A stretch of DNA of 62,636 nucleotides, the filler included, from Hausera hauseri (lineage: Eukaryota), in NCBI GenBank assembly GCA_046269625.1. It is 12 parts of 12 records of this genome, joined end to end, with 100 filler letters (N's around TTAATTAATTAA, not from the genome) between each part and the next. Parts side by side here need not be neighbours in the genome. Positions count along the whole stretch, not along the records: positions 34,020 to 38,493 come from JBJURY010563450.1; positions 38,594 to 43,424 come from JBJURY010421142.1; positions 43,525 to 49,600 come from JBJURY010145091.1; 9 more parts are not named here. One strand, given 5' to 3'. The position numbers were made by a program, and so were the translations under genes. The notes beneath the pieces were generated by a model that searched no databases, was not told the origin of the DNA, and worked only from the letters and a program-made list of their open reading frames with translations. Positions within the stretch are counted from its first letter, which is position 1. Every line of letters starts with the position of its first letter. Below are positions 38,374-49,700 of the stretch, piece by piece.

Positions 38374-38913
38374 TACAACAATTAGAACGAAACGTAAATG
38401 AATGATTCGGTAAACTGGGCAAAAAGATGAAAACTATGCACCCATATGGCCGAATAATCATATACTTACCGTCATTGTTTATACTATGATGCTNNNNNNN
38501 NNNNNNNNNNNNNNNNNNNNNNNNNNNNNNNNNNNNNTTAATTAATTAANNNNNNNNNNNNNNNNNNNNNNNNNNNNNNNNNNNNNNNNNNNNGGATCGT
38601 TGACTAGCAGTCAGTAGTCGGCTTATTTTTATGTTTCCGCTGGTCATTGCCTCTACCATTAACTTAAATCGGCCTTCCACGGTCGGTGGTAGATGACCTT
38701 TTTTTCTTTGACCTTGATTTCCATTTGTCCCATCACAGTTGGGTGGGTCTCTATCTCTCTCATTCCGGCTATGTGCGTTACTGGTATGTTTAATTTTTAT
38801 CATTCTTTCTACTTGATACCCCACTAAGACGTATCCGTAGAGACACTATGCTACTTCCTCTTAAACTAATTTGGAATCCTTTTTGTGGATTAATTGTTTT
38901 CTTTTAATCCCGG

Positions 38914-39189
38914 TCACTCCGCATATGTTTCTTGTACTTTGCTTCTTGGGTTAATGATTTTCGGATAGAATTCGGCCCCGTTTTCTTCTCGTATGGATAT
39001 TTCAATTGGGATATAATTTCCTTCTTCTCCTGCTCCATAATTTACTGCGGCAATCCTGAGATTCCTGTCATAGGTTACCAATCTAAATGAGTGTATATGT
39101 GCGTCCTGTTCTTCAGTGAGTCTTTGTTTAAACTCTAAGGGCGTCAATAAAGCGGCTATTGCTTCCTCTTCGGTTATTTCAACCATCAT
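38914..39189 (-). CDS. Unknown accessory ORF fragment
   Basis: 91-aa ORF, co-oriented with the element. Confidence 0.35.
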   Translation of the reverse strand: MMVEITEEEAIAALLTPLEFKQRLTEEQDAHIHSFRLVTYDRNLRIAAVNYGAGEEGNYIPIEISIREENGAEFYPKIINPRSKVQETYAE

Positions 39190-39282
39190 TTTTACAGGTA
39201 AGGTAGCTACTCGAAATTTTTGCTCGTAATTGTGGAAATTTCTACTGTTAAATACAAATGTGCTAAACCGGCTTTGTCTTCC

Positions 39283-39624
39283 TTAAAATGAATCCCATTT
39301 TTGGTCTTTCAGCCGATAATAGATTTCCCCGTCTTCTAAGTGTACATATATTTTCTGTTCCTTATCCATTCGGTGTTGGGTGATCTGTTTCAAAGGGTAT
39401 GCTCTGGCATACTTGTCCTCTCTCCAGGCATATAAATATATAGCTCTGGCCTTTTCAGTTGTTCCTTTTAAATTGTTTGGTATACCGTCAACTTTTTTGT
39501 ACTGGATGAAGTTTTGTCCTTGTAATTCTGTGTTGATTTGCCTACAAATGGCTTTGGAATTTGGGATCCGGACGGTTACGTACTGTTGCAGAACTTCGTC
39601 GATGCTAAGTCGACTCGTGTTCAT
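39283..39624 (-). CDS. Unknown accessory ORF of Gypsy element (probably continues via frameshifts into 38914-39189)
   Basis: 113-aa ORF preceded by a splice acceptor; no motif recognised. Confidence 0.45.
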   Translation of the reverse strand: MNTSRLSIDEVLQQYVTVRIPNSKAICRQINTELQGQNFIQYKKVDGIPNNLKGTTEKARAIYLYAWREDKYARAYPLKQITQHRMDKEQKIYVHLEDGEIYYRLKDQKWDSF

Positions 39625-39743
39625 TTCGATTCGCTTACTTACCAGTCTGAAAAGAAAACATAAATGTTAATCTTAAAATAAAGTATGGCCTTAAACCAAA
39701 ACAAATTCTTTGTTTGATAACAGAATAACCTGACCTGTAATTG

Positions 39744-41150
39744 TCAGATTATTTTATCATATGGGTCTACAGGGTTTTCCAATTCCCTTAGTTCCCATTC
39801 TGAGTTTTTATGACGCTTAGAATAACAGTTTTTGGTGACTAATCGAAAAATCGCAATTAGTATAATGCGAACAAATGTTGGCAGTACCGTGATAGATACG
39901 ATTGGTAGTGTAGTTAGTCCCATCGGTACTTGTGTGGTGACCAGAGTTGTGATCCGCTCATCTATATCCTCATATGTATGAGATTCTGTGCGAATTTCAT
40001 CTAAAGTTTGCAATGTAATGGTCTGATTTTGCTTATTCTCCGCACATATCTGTACTATATATTCGGCTTGTGGTTTTAATAAATTGCATTCTGTTCGATA
40101 TTTTTAAATAATTTCACTACTTGATTATTATACGTTGCCCGACAACTTATATATATATATTGTAATTTTGTTTCTCTTCCACGAAGAACACAATCTTAGA
40201 TCGATATGCCGAATATTTAATGGGGATACTTCCTAATTCTCTTTTAGGCACATTGGCCGATGTAATGATTGACGTAATGGTACTAATTTGAGTAGTTGGC
40301 CTCCTGGTGGTCGTCGTTACTAAAATTTCCCAATTTCTATTTTCTGGATAGTAAGTTCTCAATTGTACACTTGGTTTATTCGGCTGTACTTCATATAAGT
40401 CAAATCTTATTCTAAACTCTCGGTTTAGGGGTATTTTACAGCATGGTTTTTGCATGCCTGCTCGAATAGAACAATATTCTATCTTCGGGGTCGGTCCAAC
40501 TGTTGCTTCAAACGTGATACTAATTTCCTTACTGAATGTTAATCCTGTTCTAGCGTCTGCTTGAATGCACTGTTTGTCCTTAATCACAGTGATTCTCTGA
40601 ATATTTTCGTCTAGTATTCTTATCTCTGGGTCAGTGGATCGTAAGATTTCATTCAGTTTTACTCCTTGATGTCTGTTCCATGCAGGAATGACTAATTGCA
40701 AATGTGGTTTCACTTCAACATAAACTTCAGTTGAGTCTGGCAAGTATAGACGATAGGTGAGGTTATAAGTACGTCCAAAGTCTATATCGCAACACTGCGC
40801 ATTTTCTCCAGGTTCAAAATCGCAATTTTTCGTTCCTCTTGTGGTTGTGTCAAGTAAGACAATTTGAAATCTTCCGAAATCGTGATGCGGTTTCCAAGCT
40901 TTAAATCCAACACATACGGAGTTTGGCGAATAGTAATGAATTGTCATTGATTGCAGTAATTTAGTGTCCTCTTGTTTTTGAACTTCTGCTGTTGGCTTCT
41001 TTTCCGTCTTGGTAGTTTCCGATTTCGATCCACTCTTCCGAATTCCGTATGTCTCCTAACAATGATTCATCGTACCACCATTAGGCTTGTGTTCTCGGGA
41101 GGTAGGAGGCAATCAACGATAATACTAAGACTATCTGAACGTATGATATT
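39744..41150 (-). pseudogene. Putative type I membrane protein: signal-like peptide, 2-3 FN3-like domains, Thr-rich linker, TM helix, short tail
   Basis: SYVQIVLVLSLIASYLPRTQA; internal repeat NCDFEPGENAQCCDIDFGRTYNLTYRLY / YCSIRAGMQKPCCKIPLNREFRIRFDLY; ECNLLKPQAEYIVQICAEN (FN3 signature); LPIVSITVLPTFVRIILIAIF. Confidence 0.6.
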
Positions 41151-41236
41151 GGTCTAGTAACTATCGATGAAGTTTTTACTTCACGTTGACGTAGATTATA
41201 ACGTTTGCTGGGTCGTATTTCTGTCGTGATAAATCT

Positions 41237-43424
41237 CTATATTGACACAACTTCTTTTCCATTTTTGTTAATATATACTGTAGTTGGCGTAGCCTTTGTA
41301 ACCTCGTACGGTCCTCTACCTATACGAGTCAATTTTAGTGAGGTGCCTTTTTTGGCTACTGGGTAATGCACATAAACCCAATTTCCTCGTTCTATATCAT
41401 GCGGTTTCGCTTCCTTATCATATTGCTTTTTAAATTGTTCTTGATATTCTTGTGATAGTTCTTTGGCAATTTCCCAACACTTTTGTAATCGCGTTTGTAT
41501 CACTTCTCCGAAATTCTGTTCTAAATCTTCGGAATTAACTGTGCCAGGTGTCATTACTAAATCCGTGGGCAACACGGCTTCACGTCCGTACATCATAAAA
41601 AATGGCGTAAACCCTGTCACTGGATGTGGCGTGGTATTAATTGCAAATTGCGTTCCTTCCAAAAATTCGTCCCAATCTTTTTGGTCCTTAGACATACTGT
41701 AGACAGTATACGTATGACGGTAGCATTCATCCGTTCGACCATTCCGTTACATTGAGGATGATATGCAGTAGTTGTTAATCTCTCGATTTCGAATATCTTA
41801 GTGATTTTCTCGAATAATTCACTAATAAAATTTCTTCCTCTATGCGTTAGTATTTGGTCTGGGGGTCCGTATCGACAAATAATTCTTACAACGGCTTCTG
41901 CCAAGGTTTCGGCTTTCTGATCTATCAATGCTATCAATTCGACGAAATGAGTTAATCGATCAATACACGTTAAGATGTACTTATTGTTTTTGTGGGTCGT
42001 AGGGAGGGGTCCTACAATATCCATCGACATAGCTTGCATGGACCTATCGGGCACATTGATTGGTTTTAATTCAGCCACGTAGTTTTTCGTCTTTTTCTGT
42101 TTAGTTGCACACACTTCACAAGCATTTACCCAATTTTTCACATCGATATGAATGCTAGGCCAGAAGTATTTATTCATTATTCTTTCTAACGTCTTCCAGG
42201 ACATGTGTCCGGCTAAGTATGAATCATGTTCTGACATCAGTACTTCGGTTCGTAAACTCCGGAATAACTATCAGCTTCTTTCCCTTTCGTTCGTAATATA
42301 AAATGTCTCCTTCATTTCCGCCGTTTAAGACGCAGTATTTGTGTCCGTATCTGTGTAAATGTTTCTTTAATTGTCGCCCGTTTGGTATAATGTCTTTTTT
42401 AGCAAATTCTATAATCAGCTGGATAACTTTATCCTTCCTGTTCTGTTGAAATCTTGATTGCTCTATCTATTGTTAACACGCGTTGGCGGTCTATTATTTC
42501 TTCAAGTTGACTTTTCTTCATTACTGTGATTGCGCTTATTTTAGTCTTAAGTCTCGATAGTGCATCGGCGTCTACGTGTTTGTTCCCTGGCTTATACTGA
42601 AACTCAATGTTATATCTGGAGATTTCTTCGATCCATCTATTTAGTCTGCAGGTCGGGTTATTGGCTCGACCCTTTAAGGTCGTAACGGCCTTGTGGTCGG
42701 TGACAATTATAATTTTCTGCCCGTAAACATAAAGACTAAAATGTCGAAGTGCTTCTTTTACTGCTAGAGTTTATAATTCGGTAACAATAATTTTTCTCAG
42801 CCTTCTTCAAAGAACGTCCTCCATAAGCAATTGGATGCTCGAATTCTTGATCCTCTCTTTTCTGTGCTAATTCATATCCAATACCTTCCTTACTGGCATC
42901 TGTCTTAATTATGAATGGTAAACTTAAATCTGGGTATTACAAAACAGGTTCACTCGTTAATATCTTCTTCATTTCAAAGGCTTTCTGCTCGACGTCTGTC
43001 CATTTCCATTTAATCCCTTTTTTAAGCAGACAACATAGAGGCGCATTAATCTTTGAGTTATCTGGTACGTAGGTTGCGTAATATCCCCAGAGTCCTAGCC
43101 AGTGTCTCAACTCTTTCTGATTTTGTGGTTCCATGCAATCTGATATTTTGTTTAATAGTGATTTATCCGGTTTTGATCCTCCGTCTCCAACTATGTGACC
43201 CAAGTAGGATACTGCATTTTAAGCCCATTTGCATTTCTTCGGGTTTAACTTCAATCCGGCTTGTTCCAATCTCATCAGTGTGTGTTCAATATCCTTTAAG
43301 TGTTCTTCTTCTGTTCTCGATATTATCATCACATCGTCTAAATATTCAAAAGCATGATCCAATCCCATTAACATTTTGTTCATCATTCTCGTAAATATGG
43401 CTGGTCCGGTAGTAATACCGAACG
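41237..43424 (-). pseudogene. Gypsy pol (RT C-terminal half, RNase H, integrase)
   Basis: YLDD, LGHIVG, TDASKEGIG, HVDADALSR, HDSYLAGH...CEVC, MDIVGPLP, HPQCNGMVERMN, GPYEV. Confidence 0.93.
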
Positions 43425-45539
43425 NNNNNNNNNNNNNNNNNNNNNNNNNNNNNNNNNNNNNNNNNNNNTTAATTAATTAANNNNNNNNNNNNNNNNNNNN
43501 NNNNNNNNNNNNNNNNNNNNNNNNTTAAATTTTATTGCTCATTAGCATGTGTTACAGAATGAACTATGGAAAAGCCAAATATACAGTGTAATTAATAAAA
43601 TCTAGGAAAGCCATATCTTTAATAGGTTATTTAGGAAAATAGATAATCAGTAATTATACCTTCAATATGGAAATTAGACTGCGATGACTCTAATTGAACG
43701 TCCATAAAAATCATCGGAAAAATTGATATACTTGTCAAAAAACAACAGAAAACCTGAGATCAGAACAAAATCGGAAAGCAAATAAAATAAAATAAAGAAC
43801 ATCACAATGCCTACTTATAATCAGACTATAAGTCGAACCAAAGTTAACAGACAGATAAAATCGACAATTGTTATTACCTCGAAAAATTGTTATCGTGATC
43901 TTTCGTTATTTCTTTAACTGAATTAAGAGAAATTGTTATTAAGTAGGCAGAGTGAATTATTGTGTAGATATCAAAATTTCGCAGAAAAGTTACTGGAGAA
44001 AACTTGGCTCAGGATTGTTCTTTGAACGATATTCCTGTATTCAATTAACAATTGCCGATATGCTATATTGATCCGTATAAAACGACTCTATACGTCATAC
44101 GCAGACTGTATTGTATTTAAATATATTGTGCATAATAAATTTCTTTTAGTTTCCCACCGCCCCTTAAAGCAGGTTCGACTTCATTAGGCATAAAATTTTA
44201 TTTAACAATAAGTAGAAAATGGGAAGTCTGCACCACCACCCTCGGGGTGTGTGGGAATCGATGAAATCAATATAGCACATGTGCCAATCGATAGTGCACA
44301 TGGAGCACTATCGATCGGTAGGGTGCTAGGCGAAGGGGATGTTAGGTACCGTTTCTAAGCACATTTTTGCACATTTCACAAATCGATAGCTGCATATTGC
44401 ACAGTTCGTCGAATCGATCGGGACAAAGGATTAATTGATAGTGCACATCAAGCCGAATCTTCATATACACTGTGCAGGTGCGCAGCACATGTACAAGTGT
44501 GCAAAAATCAATAATATCGGTTTCGATATACGATGCATTATGTGAATGTGCAATTAGAATTTAAATCGATCGAGTCGATTTCGAATAATATCGATCCAAA
44601 TTGCAACTGGTACAGGCTTTCCAGTTTTAGGTCCCAAGGAGTCAAAATTCGACAAATGTTTAAAAGGGAACAGATAGGAAGTGCCACATTGTAACCCGGG
44701 TCCTCCATCTCAAATTTCCGAAATTCGATGGACAATTCGAATAAATATCGATTTTCACCAAATAGTATCGAATATCTTGACACCCATAAATTTTTTGAGA
44801 AATTTGAGAGCGCCAGTCGATTCCCCATGCACCTTTCAGATCTACCGCACATGTGCAAATGTGATTTAATCAATAATAAAGGTTTTCCGATAAAACCTAT
44901 AAAGTTGATTTTAGCACACAAGCTAGTGGAAGTCGAAAAATGTAAAAGCGTACACACAGAAACTAACATGTGCTGTATCCGATTATGACATCAAATATTC
45001 GAAAACTCGAATACAAGTCGAACTTTTCGAATAATTGATTTTCTATTCGAATAGAAGCAAAAATCGAAAAATCTGAAGGCGGAGAAGGATAGAAACCCAG
45101 ATATGTAGAATTCGAATATGACATCAGATATTCGAAAAGAGGCTGAAATAAAAAAGCCGATTTTTCGATTGAATTCGAATATTCAAATAGTACCATCGGA
45201 TTCCTCATGTTCGAAAACCTTTGTAGACCAAACATAGGGTGTACAAAATATTTAAAAGTGTCTCTAAATGAATAAAACATTGAAAATTTCGATACTATTC
45301 GGTCAAGCATGCATTATTGGAACAATCTGATAACTCCAATCAATTGTATTAATACCTATTTAGCGCCAAAGTGCATTTAATTTATTTTATGCATTAAAAC
45401 AAAGTGTTATAGAATGTTCAAAAATTCAAAATTTAAAAATCCATAAATGAGGCAGTATGCGTTGATTTGGCTATGTTTCATTATTTACAAAATCACTTAC
45501 AAGAATAGTGAGATTTTTATTTGTGCTCCTCAAATAATT

Positions 45540-48500
45540 GGTTGATTTTTAGATGTGAAATCTATACAAACAGTGCTTGGCGCAAATCAACGAGCTCAAA
45601 AATTGCCACAACATTATGCAGAAATACTTCAGCCATCTATACAACAGGGCTGAGTATTATATATGCCCTACATGTGAGGTAGTGTGCAAGACCAAATATG
45701 AAGACTTTTACATGCCCATAAACAACACCTGATTCCCTTCTCTAAGTCGAAAAAACAAGTATTCAACACAACTATGACAATAATGACTTCAATGTCTAAG
45801 CAAAATCAAAGATGCAGTTCATACTTGTATTGCACATGCGCAATACACAACCCTAAGAACCGTCATAATACTATGAGGAGCTATTATGGATATAAATTCA
45901 ATAGGATCCTCTATTATATATCCCCAAAATGTGAGACTGTATCATTTGAGTCACTTCGGATCAAAGTCAAGGAAAGCCATTTTTAATGAGCAACATAAAC
46001 TTGATGAACCTGCTTCGCAACATGATGATTCGCAGTATTCTGCCGAGCCTAGATGAAGTCGCGAAATTTGAAAGCGTCAACAACATCTCCATCAACATCT
46101 TTGGATTGGAGGAGGAAAAATTTTATCCCCTACATGTGTTCAAGGAGGAATTGGATGATAATATGGATCTGCTCCTGCTAGATTATGGAGAAACGAGGCA
46201 TTTCATCCGGATCAAGAATTTTGAGCGCATTGTAGGATCCCAAATATCCAGTCATAAGTCAAGGCTGGAAATCTGCAAATGATGTCTATCCCATTTCAGT
46301 GGTGACATGGCCTCGGCGAAGCTCAAGGAGCATAAGACCTATTGCAATACGAACTATTGCATCCGAGCAGAATTACCCAAGGAGGATTACCTGGAATTCA
46401 AAGAGTTTGAAAACGTTGAAGATGCCGATTGTCATATATTGTGACTTTAAAACTATCCTCAGCTCAGTTCACAGCTGCACTCCGAATCTGCAGAAAAGCA
46501 GATCGACAGCTTACCAATATCATTAGCTGTCATCATACTGCATGTATGCATTAGTCATGACAAGGAGCCACCCCTATACCGGGGTTTAGATATAGCGCTT
46601 CATTTCAAGAAGCGCTTGGAGGAAATTGCATATAAAATCGAAAATATGCATCATAAATGTAAGAATACTAAGAAAATGTGTCAGGAGGAGAAATGTGAAT
46701 GTCAAAATGCAACACAGTGTTACCTGTGTGAAAAAGCCTTCACATTACACAATCACAAAGTCCGAGATCATTGCCATACAACCGGCGTGTATCGAGGCGC
46801 AGCGTGCAATAATTGCAATCTACGTTGCAAAACATGTACATATGTGCCTGTAGTGTTCCATAATCTCAGTGGCTATGATTCCCATTTCATTGTTCAGGAA
46901 CTGAACAGCATTGAAGGAAACATTGATGTGAGTCCTAATAGTGAGGAAAAATACATCACCTTTACCAAGCATGTTGGGAAAATCAGGCTTCGCTTCGTAG
47001 ACAGTTTCCGTTTCATATCGTCTTCACTTGACAGTTTAGTGAAGAACCTCCTTGCAGAAGAACTTATGGAGACGAAGCGACTCTTCACTACTACATTTGA
47101 CCTTGTTAAAAGGAAAGGTGTGTTTCCCTATGACTATATAACATCACGGGAAACATTGGATGAGACCCCACTGCCGGCCAAGAAGGACTTTTACAATATC
47201 CGCTCAGACAGCGATATCAGTGATATGCGCAGAACGTTTGGCATGCATTTCAATGCCAAACAGAGACATATACTCAAGATGGACGTGCTGCTGCTGATGG
47301 ATGTCTTTGGGAGCTTCAGGGATGGTACGATGAAGAACCATGCATTGGATCCAGCTCATATTTTTAAGGGTACAGGAAAGAGTTTGGCAGCTAGGCTGCG
47401 CTATACATGTGTCCGGCTGCAGATCATAAAGGATTACGACATGATCCTCATGACTGAGAAAGGCATTAGAAGGGAATATGTCAGGACATTCACCGGTATA
47501 GCGAGGCCAACAACAAGTATATGTCCCAGTATAATCCATACAGGAAATCCTCGTATATATCATACCTGGATGCCAACAACATATATGGTTGTACAGTGAG
47601 CGCCCCATTGCCATATGATAACTTCAAATGGGTCGAGCATCCTGAAAATATCCCTATACTGGACCTGGATCCCACTGGAGATACGGAATACATACTCGAG
47701 GTGAATATGGAATATCCGGTTTCCATCCATGCAGGAAATCAACAACTGCCTTTCGTTTCTGGGTGCAAGCCTCCGCCTCATGGAAAGCATAGAAAGCTGC
47801 TCTTCCATCTGGAAAGTAGGGAAAGGTATATAGTCCACTACAGAAATTTCCAGCAAGGTGTCAGGAATGGATTCCGCATTACGGAGATCCATCTGGACCT
47901 CCAGTTTATCCAGTCCAACTGGCTGCAGCCGTACATAGATCTTAATATGAAACTGAGGACAAATGCCAAGAACGACTTTGAGAAGTTTTAGTTCAAGATG
48001 TACAACAACAGAGTTTTTGACAAGACCATGGAAAATATCCACAAAAGGATCAACATCGAACTGGTCTGTGAGTGGAAGCGGGCAAAAAAGCTCAATGCCA
48101 AGCCTAACTTTTACAGCAGCACCATATATGCGGAGAACATGGTCAGCATCCATATGCTGAAAACATCGCTTGAGTTAAACAAGCCCATATATGTGGGTAT
48201 GGCAATACTGGGCCTGTCAAATACCCTGGTGTACAAATTCCACTATGACATCATGGTCTCACATTCAAGTCCATACAGCTGACGTACATGGACACTAATA
48301 GTTTCATCTATCAAATCCATACTGAGGACATTTATGAGGACTTTGCTAAGTTAGCACAGCATATGGATACATCGGACTATCCGAAGAAGCATACCAACGA
48401 GAAAGTCCTTGTGAAATTCAAAGACGAGGTGAATTTGGCAATCATCTCGAGATTTGTGGCTCTTAGGTCCAAAATTACGATTGATGTATGTAGTCAAGTA

Positions 48501-48743
48501 AAGAAGAGAGCTAAAGGGGTTCAAAAAGCGACCTTAGCCAAGAAGAATGGCTTCAATGACTATATGCAAGTTCTGCATAAGGCGACTCATATCATATCAG
48601 AGATGCGAAGGATCAAGTCTAGGGCTCACAACATTGAGACAGTAACATTACAGAAGAAAATCTTAGATCGGATGGATAACAAAAGACAAATCCTGGATGA
48701 TGGAATAAGCACATTACCTCACGGGCATGTTGCATTAATGTAA
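45540..48743 (+). pseudogene. Polinton/Maverick-type protein-primed DNA polymerase B with N-terminal endonuclease VII-like Zn motif, decayed
   Basis: KFESVNNISINIFG; VIYCDF; VRDHCHTTGVYRGAACNNCNL; FHNLSGYDSHF; RFVDSFRF; RKGVFPYDY; YLDANNIYG; NKPIYVGMAILGLS; YMDTNS; KRAKGV. Confidence 0.93.
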
Positions 48744-49700
48744 ATATCTTTGCTACGAGATGCTGTATTTTTTGTATTAATAAATCTTATAAAAATATCG
48801 TGATGCCTTCTTGATAAAGTAATGTGGTATATAGGATAAGGCAAAGCAAATAAATAAATAAATTAGAAATTCAAATAAAAAATCAATGCAGAGAAAAATG
48901 ACAAAAACATGCCCAGTTTGTTTGAGTAGATGGTAGAAAAGACAATGCATATGGCTACTTGCAACACATACATTTTTTGTGGGACGTCTTCAGAAATGGT
49001 TACGTCGTAAAATTTCATGCCAAATATGAAGGATATTGCGATTTTGTCCTTAGTAGATGGAAGTGAGCACACTGGATCAGCCCCGCCCCCGCGGAGAAAA
49101 AATTGATGTGGTTCGCGGATGAGTCATGGGGTGGAGATGGGATATTTTCGACACACACTCACAAAGTGGATACACACAAGTAAGTGTACTGCATGGCTTT
49201 TAGACACGTGTAAAAATTTGAATTTCGCGCCAAACATTTTTTGTTTAAATTTTGGTGGTCGGGTATAAATATATATGTGTGCAAATAGCATGGCATTGTT
49301 TCAACAAATAGTACGACAAATGGTATGTTTTTAATTCTGCTTTCCGAAATTACTTTTATACTTAGAATTACAAAATAGATTTATAAGCTGATATTAAACG
49401 GCAAACAAATGAAATATGCAATGGGGAAATTTATTGTGTCCAGTTTTTAAATAAACTGGAGCAACAACACTTTCTACCAAACGAAGACTATGTAGAACTT
49501 GTTGTTGGATCGATATTAATGACAAACATTAAAGAGGAATATAGAAAAAGACAGAAAAATGTTTTACTTGTATATAGTATTCTTACTGGTGCATTTGTAA
49601 NNNNNNNNNNNNNNNNNNNNNNNNNNNNNNNNNNNNNNNNNNNNTTAATTAATTAANNNNNNNNNNNNNNNNNNNNNNNNNNNNNNNNNNNNNNNNNNNN

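Larger units (their letters stand above)
34020..38493 (-). mobile_element. Polinton/Maverick (adintovirus-like) morphogenesis module, decayed
   Basis: Integrase, two penton-like genes, QxGxG core-like ORF and major capsid, co-oriented. Confidence 0.88.
38594..43424 (-). mobile_element. Gypsy element (same family as 19569-24754): RT-RH-INT followed by FN3-like membrane protein and accessory ORFs
   Basis: RT/RH clearly homologous to 19600-20630; integrase 41237-42237; downstream ORFs co-oriented. Confidence 0.88.

Noticed and set aside
34020-48743. Polinton capsid module and pPolB as one element
   Set aside because: They are on separate contigs with an unrelated Gypsy contig between them; no linkage evidence
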